Assembly: GCA_965250005.1 (NCBI GenBank)
Contig: OZ252279.1
Span: forward strand, 780,001-812,000
DNA: 32,000 nucleotides
Origin: Demequinaceae bacterium
GTDB taxonomy: Bacteria; Actinomycetota; Actinomycetes; Actinomycetales; Demequinaceae
Direction: 5' to 3'
How positions within the stretch are numbered: position 1 is the first letter of the stretch; every line of letters begins with the position of its first letter. Below, piece after piece: positions 9,518 through 18,777 of this stretch. The notes under the pieces were generated by a model. That model saw only the letters and a list, made by a program, of their open reading frames with translations. It did no database searches and was not told where the DNA came from. Both the position numbers and the translations under genes were made by a program.

Positions 9518-10127
9518 GAACCTCACGCATCCTCTCGACGTCTTGCCACGTGTCCGCATCTTCTGAGCCGACGCCTACGGGCACGTCTATCATCTCGCCT
9601 GATTGCGTGATCATGCGCATCGAAAGTCCCACAAGCCCGCCCGCGCCGTCCAGTTCGGAGAGCCTGGCCCGCAACTTGACCGCATCGTAGGCAGCCAGCA
9701 GCGGCTGCGTCCTGCCCGCCGGGTCGGTGCCCCACGCACCGAGAACCTCTGGCGACATGAACGCCGCGCGTGCGACCACGCTCGCCACGGCAGGCGCCGA
9801 GTAGGGCATGTCGCAAGCGAGCACGAGGGTCAATGGCGGCGCCTCGCTAGCCCGCCCGTCGCCGCCCTCCGCGTCGAGCGCCGCGGTGCCCGCCCCGACG
9901 GCCGCGACTGGACCGCCGAAGGCCGGATCCTCTTGCGTTCCAAGGACGCGCTCAGACCATTCCGACTCAGGGCCAACCACCACCACGCCCTGGGCGCTCG
10001 CGACAGCGGCCAAGGCGCGCGCAAGCAGAGTCGTTCCTCCTACCTCGAGTTGTGCCTTCGACTCGCCGCCGAGCCGTATCGCTCGACCACCTGCAAGCAC
10101 AATCGCCTCGAAAGCCGCGCCGGTCAT
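9510..10127 (-). CDS. mobA: Molybdenum cofactor guanylyltransferase
   Basis: The N-terminal ...FEAIVLAGGRAIRLGGESKAQLEVGGTTLL... matches the MobA LAGGxxxRMGGxDK signature. ATG 10127 forms ATGA with the moaC stop. Confidence 0.85.
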   Translation of the reverse strand: MTGAAFEAIVLAGGRAIRLGGESKAQLEVGGTTLLARALAAVASAQGVVVVGPESEWSERVLGTQEDPAFGGPVAAVGAGTAALDAEGGDGRASEAPPLTLVLACDMPYSAPAVASVVARAAFMSPEVLGAWGTDPAGRTQPLLAAYDAVKLRARLSELDGAGGLVGLSMRMITQSGEMIDVPVGVGSEDADTWQDVERMREVHG

Positions 10128-10594
10128 GCACACCGCCAATCTCCCGACTTGCCGCCTGTCTTGGATACCAGGCGAACTTCGCGAATCGTGGTTCCCTTGT
10201 CGAGGCCCTTAACCATGTCGACAACGTTGAGCGCCGCGACTGAAGCGGCGGTGAGAGCCTCCATCTCGACACCCGTGCGGTCTGCGGTGCGGACAGTGGC
10301 CGTGATCGCGACTCCCGCGTCCGTGACCTCAAGATTGACGACGACGCCGTGAACGCCGATGACGTGCGCTAGCGGCAACAGCTCCGGGGTGCGCTTGGCC
10401 GCGGCGATTCCCGCGACGCGAGCGACCGCGAGCACATCACCCTTGGGCACAGCGCCATCGCGCAGGGCGGCGACTACGTGCTCGGCGCACTCGACGAAGG
10501 CCTCGGCCGTCGCGGCGCGAACCGTGGGCTCTTTGGCCGTGACGTCCACCATGCGGGCGTGACCTGCGTCGTCCAAGTGCGTCAACTCTTTCAT
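10124..10594 (-). CDS. moaC: Cyclic pyranopterin monophosphate synthase accessory protein
   Basis: 156 aa from ATG 10594 (MKELTHLDDAGHARMVDVTAKEPT...GVEMEALTAASVAAL...). ATGA overlap with the moeA stop. The Arg-rich upstream extension in the track ORF is rejected. Confidence 0.93.
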   Translation of the reverse strand: MKELTHLDDAGHARMVDVTAKEPTVRAATAEAFVECAEHVVAALRDGAVPKGDVLAVARVAGIAAAKRTPELLPLAHVIGVHGVVVNLEVTDAGVAITATVRTADRTGVEMEALTAASVAALNVVDMVKGLDKGTTIREVRLVSKTGGKSGDWRCA

Positions 10595-11790
10595 GAATCC
10601 CACCTTACGACCGCGACGGTGTCGCCGGTCTCCACATCTTCTACGTCCGGTTCCACGAGAGCCCATGCCTCGCCGCGCGCGAGCGCCACGACCAGGTGCG
10701 ACGCCGACCCGCCCGGCGTCGCCAGGCGCACGCCTTGCGCGTCGACGGTGACGGGAACGACCTGAAGTTTTCCTACGGGCGAAGTCCACCTGGCAGCGAC
10801 CGTCGCCCGCTCGGGAACGGGCCACGGATCCTGGCCGAGCGCTGCGCGAATCGCCGGGCGCACGAACATGTCGAAGGACGCAAGCGCGGAGACAGGATTC
10901 CCGGGAAGCGCAAGGATGGGCTTCCCGCCCGGCAGCCTGCCGATGCCTTGCGGTTTGCCTGGCTGCATCGCGAGGCGCACGAACGACACTCCGGTGCCCT
11001 CGAGAGCCGCCTTGACCACATCAAAGGCACCCATGCTCACCCCGCCTGTGGTAACCACCAGGTCCGCGTCCGCCATCTCTACAGCGTCGATAAAACCAGC
11101 GGGATCATCGGGCACGCGGCCGATGCTCACTACCTCCGCGCCGGCGGCGCGGGCTGCGGTGGAGAGCATCAGCGAGTTCGAATCGAAGCCGCCACGCGGC
11201 GGGAGCTTCGCGCCGGGCGCGACCAACTCGCTTCCGGTCGCGACAATGGCCACGCGCGGACGGTCCCGAACGTCGAGAAACGCGTGCCCCGTGCTCGCGA
11301 GCGCGGCGAGCGCAGCCGAGCCAAGCCTGTCTCCCGCTCGCACAACGGTGGCGCCTACAGCGACGTCCTCGCCCGCCCGACGGACGTGAGCTCCAGGAAC
11401 GGGGGCGACGCGAATGTCCACCCAGCCATCCCCCACTTCGACGTTCTCGACCGGGACGATTGCCTCGCAGCCTTGGGGCACGGGTGCACCGGTCATCACC
11501 GCGACCGCCTGACCACGCGCGAGCGAACGATCCCACCCGCCCATCGGGTCCGGCTTGTCCGCGAGGAGGCGCACGGGGCTGGCCTCCGAAGCCCCCGCGA
11601 CGTCCGAGAGTACAACCGCGTACCCGTCCATTGCTGAGTTGTCCCACTGCGGAGATGCGAAGCGCGCGCTAACGGAGCGTGCGCTTACGCGGCCGTGCCC
11701 GTCGGCGATAGGGACTTCCTCGACTCCCGTAAGCGCCATGAGTTCAATTGCTGCAGAACGATGGGCGTCGACCGGCAACAGCTCAGCCAT
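10591..11790 (-). CDS. moeA: Molybdopterin molybdotransferase
   Basis: 399 aa with a MoeA-like sequence including ...SPQWDNSAMDGYAV.... Confidence 0.92.
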   Translation of the reverse strand: MAELLPVDAHRSAAIELMALTGVEEVPIADGHGRVSARSVSARFASPQWDNSAMDGYAVVLSDVAGASEASPVRLLADKPDPMGGWDRSLARGQAVAVMTGAPVPQGCEAIVPVENVEVGDGWVDIRVAPVPGAHVRRAGEDVAVGATVVRAGDRLGSAALAALASTGHAFLDVRDRPRVAIVATGSELVAPGAKLPPRGGFDSNSLMLSTAARAAGAEVVSIGRVPDDPAGFIDAVEMADADLVVTTGGVSMGAFDVVKAALEGTGVSFVRLAMQPGKPQGIGRLPGGKPILALPGNPVSALASFDMFVRPAIRAALGQDPWPVPERATVAARWTSPVGKLQVVPVTVDAQGVRLATPGGSASHLVVALARGEAWALVEPDVEDVETGDTVAVVRWDS

Positions 11791-12511
11791 GCGACGACCT
11801 CAGCGGCACGGCGCTCCAGCTCCCAGACCTGCCCTCGAATACGCCCACGCGCCCCGCGAGCGGATCACCTACGCCTGCCAGGACCTTAATCGCCTCGGTA
11901 GCCATAGTCGCGCCCACGACCCCGCACACAGTCCCGAGTACGGCGCCTCCCTCGCATGAGTCGAGCTCAAGTCCTGGTTCTTCCGGCAGGAGGTCGCGCA
12001 GCGTCGCGCCGTCCCGAAACACGGACACCTGCCCGTCGTACCCCTGGACCGCTCCCCACACCACAGGAACTCCAGACGCCGCCGCCGCATCGGCGATGGT
12101 CAGGCGGGTGGCGAACGTGTCGGTTGCATCGATCACGAGGTCGTGCTCGCTCAACAGCTCCCCTGCGCTGCCCTCAGTCAACCGTGCGGACACGGCCTCG
12201 ACCGCGACGCTCGGCGCGGTCCGGGCCAGCGCATCGAGCGCGACGTCAACCTTGGTGCGCCCCACGTCGTCGGGGCCGTACAGGATCTGGCGGTGCAGAT
12301 TCGACGCCGCAACGTGGTCGCCGTCCACAAGCGTAAGGTGCCCCACGCCTCCGGCTGCGAGGTACATCGCAACAGGACAACCGAGCCCACCAACGCCCAC
12401 GATCACGACTCGCGCGGCGCCCAGCCTCGACTGTCCAGCGTCGCCAAATCCCGGCAAACTCACCTGTCGAGCGAAGTTATCTCCCACACATGGAACGGTA
12501 TCGGTCGGCAA
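11783..12511 (-). CDS. moeB: ThiF/MoeB-family adenylyltransferase (MoaD-activating E1-like enzyme), single-domain form
   Basis: It contains ...ARQVSLPGFGDAGQSRLGAARVVIVGVGGLGCPVAMYLAAGGVGHLTLVDGDHVAASNLHRQ... (nucleotide-binding GxGxxG) and a conserved SCEGGAV Cys. The start is uncertain (TTG 12511 or GTG 12487). Confidence 0.85.
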   Translation of the reverse strand: MPTDTVPCVGDNFARQVSLPGFGDAGQSRLGAARVVIVGVGGLGCPVAMYLAAGGVGHLTLVDGDHVAASNLHRQILYGPDDVGRTKVDVALDALARTAPSVAVEAVSARLTEGSAGELLSEHDLVIDATDTFATRLTIADAAAASGVPVVWGAVQGYDGQVSVFRDGATLRDLLPEEPGLELDSCEGGAVLGTVCGVVGATMATEAIKVLAGVGDPLAGRVGVFEGRSGSWSAVPLRSSHG

Positions 12512-13181
12512 TGATCTGCACCAGTCGCGCGTCAGGCGCGAGCGGGCCGGTCACATGGTCACCGCCAGCGTCGGCCAGCTTGTCCTGGAAGTGGCCAGGC
12601 GCAAGCAAGTAGGAGGCGACCGCCACCACGTCATCGCCGGACTCGCGGGTGGATGCGACGGCGCCTGCAACAGTGGGCTCGATGTTCGCGGCGTACCCGA
12701 TCCGCACTGGGCCATCCCAGGCGGCCCTGAGCATGATGGCGGCCGCCTCGACGTCTGCTTGGCTGCGCGCGTCAGTGGACCCCGCGGCAGCCAGGACGAC
12801 CGTCGCACCGGCCGGCACGTGAGCCTCACGGAGGCGATCCACGACGATCTCAAGGACTCTCACGTCCGGACCGAGCGGCGGTGCCGCGACCACATCCACC
12901 CGGTCGGCCACGGCCTGCGCAATATCCACGTTGACGTGGTAGCCACCGCTCATCAAGAGGGGAACCACCACTGCTTGAAGGCCGTTACTGGTCGCCAATG
13001 CCGCCACAACATCGCCGATGCGCGGCTCCTGCACGTCGACGAATGCCTCCCGAGTTTCGATACCGAACCGCTCAGTTACGGATGCGATGAGGCCGGCGAC
13101 CACCCGCTGCCCGTTTTGCGAGCGCGTGCCGTGCGAGCATCCAATCAACACCGGGTCGGTGTGGTTCGCCGTCCCGCTCAT
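12477..13181 (-). CDS. Sirohydrochlorin chelatase (CbiX/SirB family)
   Basis: 234 aa from ATG 13181, preceded by GGAGGAGG (MSGTANHTDPVLIGCSHGTRS...PLLMSGGYH...LAAAGSTD...). It has the two-lobed CbiX-like pattern. The upstream part of track ORF 12477..13709 is Arg-rich junk. Confidence 0.7.
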   Translation of the reverse strand: MSGTANHTDPVLIGCSHGTRSQNGQRVVAGLIASVTERFGIETREAFVDVQEPRIGDVVAALATSNGLQAVVVPLLMSGGYHVNVDIAQAVADRVDVVAAPPLGPDVRVLEIVVDRLREAHVPAGATVVLAAAGSTDARSQADVEAAAIMLRAAWDGPVRIGYAANIEPTVAGAVASTRESGDDVVAVASYLLAPGHFQDKLADAGGDHVTGPLAPDARLVQIIADRYRSMCGR

Positions 13182-13276
13182 GCCTCCTCCCCCAGCGCGC
13201 TCCCGCGCCTCATGACGGTGCGCACGCTGCCGCTTCCTGCGAGGCGATCTCCGATGTGTGTCACAGACGTCTCCCG

Positions 13277-14494
13277 CTAGTGAGGCGTGGCGGCGTCGGT
13301 TGACTTGAGCAAGCCCGCTCGCGCCACCTCTCCGATAACGATGATCGCGGGAGCCTTGACGCCTGTCTCGTTCGCCGTGCGGGCTGCCGAACCGAGCTCC
13401 GCATACGTGACCCGCTCGCGCGGCGTTGAGCCGGACTCGATGATCGCCACCGGGAGTTTCGCACTGGCTCCGGCGGCCAGCGCCTCGGTGCAAATCGCGT
13501 CGAGAGCCTTGACACCCATGAGCACCACTACCGTGGCGCCGCCGATTATCGCGGCGAGCATCGCCGGTTCCGGGCCCTCGTGCCCCGTGGTGACCAGGAA
13601 CGACCGCGCAATTCCACGCTGTGTGACCGGGATTCCAGCGAGCGCGGGAACGGACAGCGCGGAAGAAATTCCCGGGATCATCTGGCACGGGACTCCCGCG
13701 TCGATGCACGCATGCATTTCCTCGCCGCCGCGACCGAACACGAACGGGTCTCCGCCTTTGAAGCGCACAACAACGTTGCCTGCGAGAGCACTGTCGACCA
13801 GGATCGTGTTGATCTCCTCCTGCGACACCGGTTCGCTGTCGCGAGCCTTGCCCACGTCCACCAGCTCGACTTCCGCTGGCACGTGGGCAAGGGCGTCGAC
13901 CGCGCCGAGTCGATCGGCGACCACCACGTTCGCCTCGGCGAGCGCGCGCCGCGCAGCAATGGTCATTAGCTCAGGGTCGCCCGGCCCGGTTCCAATCAGC
14001 ACCACGCGCCCGGCTCCCTTGCGGCGGTGCCTGAGGTCGGGAATGTCGGCGTCAATGTGGAGCGCGAGGGCGTCGCGAATGGCGCGTAGCCGGCGTGGGT
14101 CGGGGTCCGCGAGAGAAACCACTCCGAGCGCGATGTCGCCGTGACGTGAGGTCGCGGCCATACGCGCCGATCCGCGCGCAGCGTCGGAGGCATTGATGCA
14201 CAGTATTTCGCGCTGCTCGGCATCGGCGCTCACGGTGTCGTTGAGCGCCTGGTCGTCAGTCGCCGCGACAACCAGCCTTGCGCCGTCAAGATCCGCGGGC
14301 TCGTAGGGGCGCTGACGCCACTCGATCTCGCGGCTGTCGGCAAGCGTCGCGAGTGCATCCGTCAGTTCGGGGGCGACAACCACCACGGCCGCAGCGTCTG
14401 CAAGGAAGATAGGGACGCGTCGGTTCGCGACGGCCCCGCCTCCCACCACCACGACGCGCCTTCCCGCGAGGTCAACGCCAAGAAGCGTCGTCAC
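13277..14494 (-). CDS. cysG: Siroheme synthase-like fusion: N-terminal NAD-binding precorrin-2 dehydrogenase domain plus C-terminal uroporphyrinogen-III C-methyltransferase
   Basis: N-terminus: LAGRRVVVVGGGAVANRRV (Rossmann). C-terminus: VVLIGTGPGDPELMT...VRFKGGDPFVFGRGGEE...IPGISS (SUMT signatures). GTG 14494 is preferred as the start; the track start is 14548. Confidence 0.85.
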   Translation of the reverse strand: MTTLLGVDLAGRRVVVVGGGAVANRRVPIFLADAAAVVVVAPELTDALATLADSREIEWRQRPYEPADLDGARLVVAATDDQALNDTVSADAEQREILCINASDAARGSARMAATSRHGDIALGVVSLADPDPRRLRAIRDALALHIDADIPDLRHRRKGAGRVVLIGTGPGDPELMTIAARRALAEANVVVADRLGAVDALAHVPAEVELVDVGKARDSEPVSQEEINTILVDSALAGNVVVRFKGGDPFVFGRGGEEMHACIDAGVPCQMIPGISSALSVPALAGIPVTQRGIARSFLVTTGHEGPEPAMLAAIIGGATVVVLMGVKALDAICTEALAAGASAKLPVAIIESGSTPRERVTYAELGSAARTANETGVKAPAIIVIGEVARAGLLKSTDAATPH

Positions 14495-14605
14495 GGGGCG
14501 CCTGCAAGATAGGTGTTCACCGTTCCATTGTCGATGGTGCGGGGGCAAGGGATCAAACTCGCGCCCGACGCGGCCAAGGGAACCGCGGAGAGTTGAAGGC
14601 GAGAT

Positions 14606-15952
14606 CTACGCGCGCGCGAGCTCGGAAGCCGCGAACGCGCCCACCGCATCGCTGATCGCCTCAAGCTCCCTCGCCCCGTGCGCGAGCGACACGAACCACG
14701 CCTCGTACGCGGACGGCGGGGGCAGCACCCCTGCACTTTCGAGGACCGCAAACAGCCGCGCGTAGGCCGCGACATCTTGCTGCGACGCCTCCGCGAAGTT
14801 GCGCGGCGCCTGCTCGAGTCCCAGGAAGAACGAGAACAGCGTGCCTGCCGCCCCAACGGAGTGAGTGACGCCCGCGCTTGCTAGCGCGTCCTCGACGGCC
14901 ACGGTGGTTAGCGCGGCCGAACGCGCCAGGTTCGCGTACGCGTCATCGTCGAGCGCCTCGAGCGTTGCAATCCCTGCCGCAACGGCAACGGGGTTGCCCG
15001 ACAGGGTCCCCGCTTGGTACACATCGCCAGCGGGCGCGAGCCGCTCCATGAGTTCCCCACGGCCGGCGACTGCCGCGACAGGGAGCCCCCCTCCAATAAC
15101 CTTCCCGAACGTCACGAGGTCGGGCACCCACGGCTGCTCGCCGTCTCGCACTGCGGCGTCGCGCTCGATCCCCCACCACCCGGCACTTCCTGCACGGAAT
15201 CCAGTCAGCACCTCATCAAGAATGAAGACGGCTCCGGCGTGGGCGCACAGCGACGCGAGCTCGGCGTTTAACCGGGGTTCCGGAGCAATCACGCCCATGT
15301 TCGCGGGCGCCGCCTCTGTAATCACTGCGGCAATCTCGCCTCCGCGGTCGGCAAACAGAGCGCGCGCCACTTCGATGTTGTTGTACGGAAGGACGACGGT
15401 GAGATGAGCGACCGCTTCTGGCACGCCAGCGCTTTCGGGGATTCCCGCAGTCGCAAGCCCCGACCCGGCAGCAACTAACAGCCCGTCGCTGTGCCCGTGG
15501 TAGCACCCCGCGAACTTGACGATCAGGTCGCGGCCCGTCGCTGCGCGCGCGATCCGCAACGCCGTCATGGTCGCCTCGGTGCCCGTCGACACCAGGCGGA
15601 CGCGCTCGGCCGGGGGGTAACGGCGCCGAATTTCCTCAGCGAGCTCCACCTCCGCCTGCGTGGTCGCGCCAAAACTCAGTCCTCGCCCGGCCGCCTCACG
15701 CACGGCTTCGACCACCGCAGGGTGCGCGTGGCCGAGGATCGCGGTTCCCCACGAACCGACGAGGTCGACATACTCGCGACCCTCCGCACTCGTGACGCGC
15801 GAGCCGTTCGCCGACGCGATCGCCACGGGGGTTCCGCCCACGGCCGCCCAGGCCCGCACGGGTGAGTTCACACCGCCCGGCAACACGCCACTCGCGCGCG
15901 CGAAGGAGTCTGCGCGGCCGCCTGCGCTCACCTGGTATCTTCGCGAATCCAT
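14606..15952 (-). CDS. hemL: Glutamate-1-semialdehyde 2,1-aminomutase
   Basis: 448 aa with ...GGVNSPVRAW... and a class-III aminotransferase-like sequence throughout. Confidence 0.95.
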   Translation of the reverse strand: MDSRRYQVSAGGRADSFARASGVLPGGVNSPVRAWAAVGGTPVAIASANGSRVTSAEGREYVDLVGSWGTAILGHAHPAVVEAVREAAGRGLSFGATTQAEVELAEEIRRRYPPAERVRLVSTGTEATMTALRIARAATGRDLIVKFAGCYHGHSDGLLVAAGSGLATAGIPESAGVPEAVAHLTVVLPYNNIEVARALFADRGGEIAAVITEAAPANMGVIAPEPRLNAELASLCAHAGAVFILDEVLTGFRAGSAGWWGIERDAAVRDGEQPWVPDLVTFGKVIGGGLPVAAVAGRGELMERLAPAGDVYQAGTLSGNPVAVAAGIATLEALDDDAYANLARSAALTTVAVEDALASAGVTHSVGAAGTLFSFFLGLEQAPRNFAEASQQDVAAYARLFAVLESAGVLPPPSAYEAWFVSLAHGARELEAISDAVGAFAASELARA

Positions 15953-16938
15953 GTGGCAAGGTCCAACGCCGCGTACGAGACAACGATGTCCGCGCCCGCC
16001 CGCGCCATCGATGTGAATGCCTCCAAGTGCGCCGCGCGGCGGTCAAGCCACCCGCGAGTTGCCGCAGCCTCGATCGAGGCGTACTCCCCCGAGACGTGAT
16101 AGGCGGCCACCGGTACGTCGGACTCGGCCGCGACTTCTGCAAGCACGTCTAGATAGGGCAGCGCAGGCTTCACCATGACGATGTCCGCGCCCTCCTCTAG
16201 GTCGAGGGTGACTTCGCGCATGGCCTCGCGCCCGTTGGCTGGGTCCATCTGGTAGCCAAGCCTGTGGCCTTCCAGCGGCGATTCGACAGCATCGCGGAAG
16301 GGCCCGTAGAACGCTGACGCGTACTTGGCGGCGTACGCCAGCAGTGCCGTGTCGTGGTGGCCGGCGGACTCGAGCGCGTCGCGTACGGCGGCCACTTGGC
16401 CGTCCATCATTCCGCTGAGCCCAAGAATGTCGGCGCCCGCCTCCGCGAGCACCTCTGCCATTTTTCGGTAGACAGCTAGCGTGGCGTCGTTGTCCACGTT
16501 CCCCGCGGAGTCCACAACGCCGCAGTGTCCGTGGTCGGTGAATCCATCCATGCAGAGGTCGGCCATCACTACGAGCTGGCCGCCGGCGGCCGTTTTGGCG
16601 CGGCTGACCGCGAGCGAGAGTATCCCTTCGGGATCGCACGCCGCGCTCCCCTCCGCATCCCGAGTTTCCGGGACCGCATACAGCAAGACCCCGCCTACCC
16701 GCATCGCCGCGGCCCGCTCGACCTCGCCGACGAGAGACTCGAGCGTGTGCTGGTGGACTCCTGGAAGCGAGTCGATCGGATGTGGGGCGTCCAGGCCCTC
16801 GCGGACAAAGATTGGTAGGACCAGATCCGCTGCATGCAGACGAGTCTCGGACACCAGCCTGCGCATGGAGGCCGTCGCCCGGAGCCTGCGCGGGCGAACC
16901 ATCGGTGTGTCCCCATCGCGGTGTTCGTCAGTACCCAT
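15928..16938 (-). CDS. hemB: Porphobilinogen synthase (delta-aminolevulinate dehydratase)
   Basis: 336 aa from ATG 16938 (MGTDEHRDGDTPMVRPRRLRATASMRRLVSETRL...), typical of HemB. The start shares 1 nt with the hemD stop (TGATG). Confidence 0.94.
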   Translation of the reverse strand: MGTDEHRDGDTPMVRPRRLRATASMRRLVSETRLHAADLVLPIFVREGLDAPHPIDSLPGVHQHTLESLVGEVERAAAMRVGGVLLYAVPETRDAEGSAACDPEGILSLAVSRAKTAAGGQLVVMADLCMDGFTDHGHCGVVDSAGNVDNDATLAVYRKMAEVLAEAGADILGLSGMMDGQVAAVRDALESAGHHDTALLAYAAKYASAFYGPFRDAVESPLEGHRLGYQMDPANGREAMREVTLDLEEGADIVMVKPALPYLDVLAEVAAESDVPVAAYHVSGEYASIEAAATRGWLDRRAAHLEAFTSMARAGADIVVSYAALDLATWIREDTR

Positions 16939-17753
16939 CACGATTCCTCCTCGATCATTCCCAGGCAATCTGCCAGCGCCTGGACCATTGCCTCGTACGT
17001 CGGGTTCTCTGCAACGGCATCCACCGTGAGTCCGCAGGCAGTCGCGCCCGCGACGGTATTCTCGCCGATCGCTACCACCATCGTGCCACTTGCCATGTCT
17101 GGACAGTCACGACGCAGTCGCTCGGCCGCCGACGCCGACGTCAGCAGCACCGCATCAACGGCCCCCGATGCGAGAGCGTGCACCACCTCAGCGTCTGGTC
17201 CCTGGCCGTCCACCGTCCGGTATGCCTCGACCGTGACGACTTCCCAGCCGAGCGCCTCAAGTCCACGGGCCAGGGTGTCAGCAGCAAGGCTTCCGAGCGG
17301 CGCTAGGACTCGGCTCGCCGCCCCGCTCACCCCGACAATTGGCGCAGGGAACACCTCAACAAGCCCGCGCGCCGATTGATCAGATTCCGGGACAAGGCTC
17401 ACCTCGAGATCGAGCGCGCGGCATGCCCCAAGCGTCGACTCGCCCACCGTGGCAACGCGTGCATCTGGCTGCGGGTCAGCGAGCGATATGCCCGCGCGCG
17501 CCGCTGCGTCCGCCAGCGCGCCCACGGCGTTCCGGCTGGTGACAGCGAGCCAAGCAAACTCGTGCGCGCACCACCGCGCGGCTGCCGAGTCGAGCGCGCC
17601 CAGCGTCATTGGAGGCTCGATCGAGATGAATTCGACAGCGTCCACGCGCGCGCCCAGCGCGTCAAGCTTGTCAGCGAGCGCCCGGCGCCCGGGTGTCACG
17701 GGCACGAGCACCCTGCGGCCACTCAAGTTGGGTTGAGCCTGGCGCGCCGTCAC
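16938..17753 (-). CDS. hemD: Uroporphyrinogen-III synthase
   Basis: 271 aa HemD-like sequence in the canonical hemC-hemD-hemB position. The GTG start overlaps the hemC stop (GTGA). Confidence 0.8.
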   Translation of the reverse strand: MTARQAQPNLSGRRVLVPVTPGRRALADKLDALGARVDAVEFISIEPPMTLGALDSAAARWCAHEFAWLAVTSRNAVGALADAAARAGISLADPQPDARVATVGESTLGACRALDLEVSLVPESDQSARGLVEVFPAPIVGVSGAASRVLAPLGSLAADTLARGLEALGWEVVTVEAYRTVDGQGPDAEVVHALASGAVDAVLLTSASAAERLRRDCPDMASGTMVVAIGENTVAGATACGLTVDAVAENPTYEAMVQALADCLGMIEEES

Positions 17754-18670
17754 GCGCCACTCACGAGGCGCGCGGCGCCGCGACCCAGCAGTGAGCGCCC
17801 CGCATCGCTACCGAGCGCCACCGCCTCTGACGCGGGACCGGACGAGTAGTCGTTGATGGCGAGCGCCCCGTCGATGCTGAGCGCTCTGACGTGCAATGAG
17901 AGCATGCCATCCGCAACAGTCGCGTATGCGCCCACGGGCGACGAGCAACCCGCCTCAAGCACTCCCAATGCCGTACGTTCCGCGAGCGTCGCCACACGTG
18001 TGTCGGGATCGTCGAGACTAGCCACGAGCGAGCGGAGCTCATCCGGCGCGTCGGCGCGAATCTCGACCGCGAGCGCGCCCTGGCCGGGTGCGGGCACCAT
18101 CACCTCGGTTTCCATTACCTCGGCAATCGCGTCGGTCTGGCCCAGCCGGTCGAGGCCTGCCATCGCGAGCACAATGGCGTCGAAGTCGCCGTTTTCAAAT
18201 TTGGACAAGCGAGTGTCGATGTTTCCGCGCAGCCCCTCGACGTGGACGTCGGGGCGCTGGGCGAGAATTTGCGCCGCGCGACGAGGAGCGCTAGTACCCA
18301 CGCGCGCGCCAGCAGGGAGTTCCGCGAGGACGAGGCCCGCGCTGCACAGGGCATCGCGAGCATCCGCGCGCGCAGGAATCGCGGCAATCTCGAGATCCGC
18401 GTGCTGGTCGACCGGCATGTCCTTGAGCGAGTGCACGATCAAGTCGCACTCGCCTGATATGAGCGCGACGCGCAGGGCGGCGACAAACACGCCCGACTTG
18501 TCGGAGCCGGAAATGGGGCCCTTGATCTTGTCGCCCTCGGTCGTGACGGGCTGAAGGTCAATGTCGAGCTCTTCGCCCCGCTTCGCGGCAATGGCGCTCA
18601 ATTGGCTCACAATCAACCCAGATTGAGTGCGCGCGAGCGAACTTGCCCGCGTTCCAAGCCGAAGTTTCAT
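17750..18670 (-). CDS. hemC: Hydroxymethylbilane synthase (porphobilinogen deaminase)
   Basis: 306 aa (MKLRLGTRASSLARTQSGLIV...), colinear with HemC. Confidence 0.95.
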   Translation of the reverse strand: MKLRLGTRASSLARTQSGLIVSQLSAIAAKRGEELDIDLQPVTTEGDKIKGPISGSDKSGVFVAALRVALISGECDLIVHSLKDMPVDQHADLEIAAIPARADARDALCSAGLVLAELPAGARVGTSAPRRAAQILAQRPDVHVEGLRGNIDTRLSKFENGDFDAIVLAMAGLDRLGQTDAIAEVMETEVMVPAPGQGALAVEIRADAPDELRSLVASLDDPDTRVATLAERTALGVLEAGCSSPVGAYATVADGMLSLHVRALSIDGALAINDYSSGPASEAVALGSDAGRSLLGRGAARLVSGA

Positions 18671-18777
18671 GCCCTTAGCGTGCCACAGGCCGCCTCACGC
18701 GCCGCACCGCCCGCGGCGCCTCCGCGGGGCTGCGGGTCGCGAGGGCAGGCCCTCGCCCCGCGCGGCAACGTAGCTCG

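Noticed and set aside
11748-13280. 510-aa plus-strand ORF antisense to moeB and the chelatase gene
   Set aside because: It is Ser/Pro/Ala/Thr/Arg-rich with no recognisable motif. The opposite strand carries clear MoeB and CbiX/SirB signatures. It is a high-GC antisense artefact.
18739-18756. Hairpin gcgaggg-cagg-ccctcgc as a rho-independent terminator
   Set aside because: It has only a 7-bp stem and no following U/T tract on either strand. I kept it only as a note within the yceI-remnant finding.
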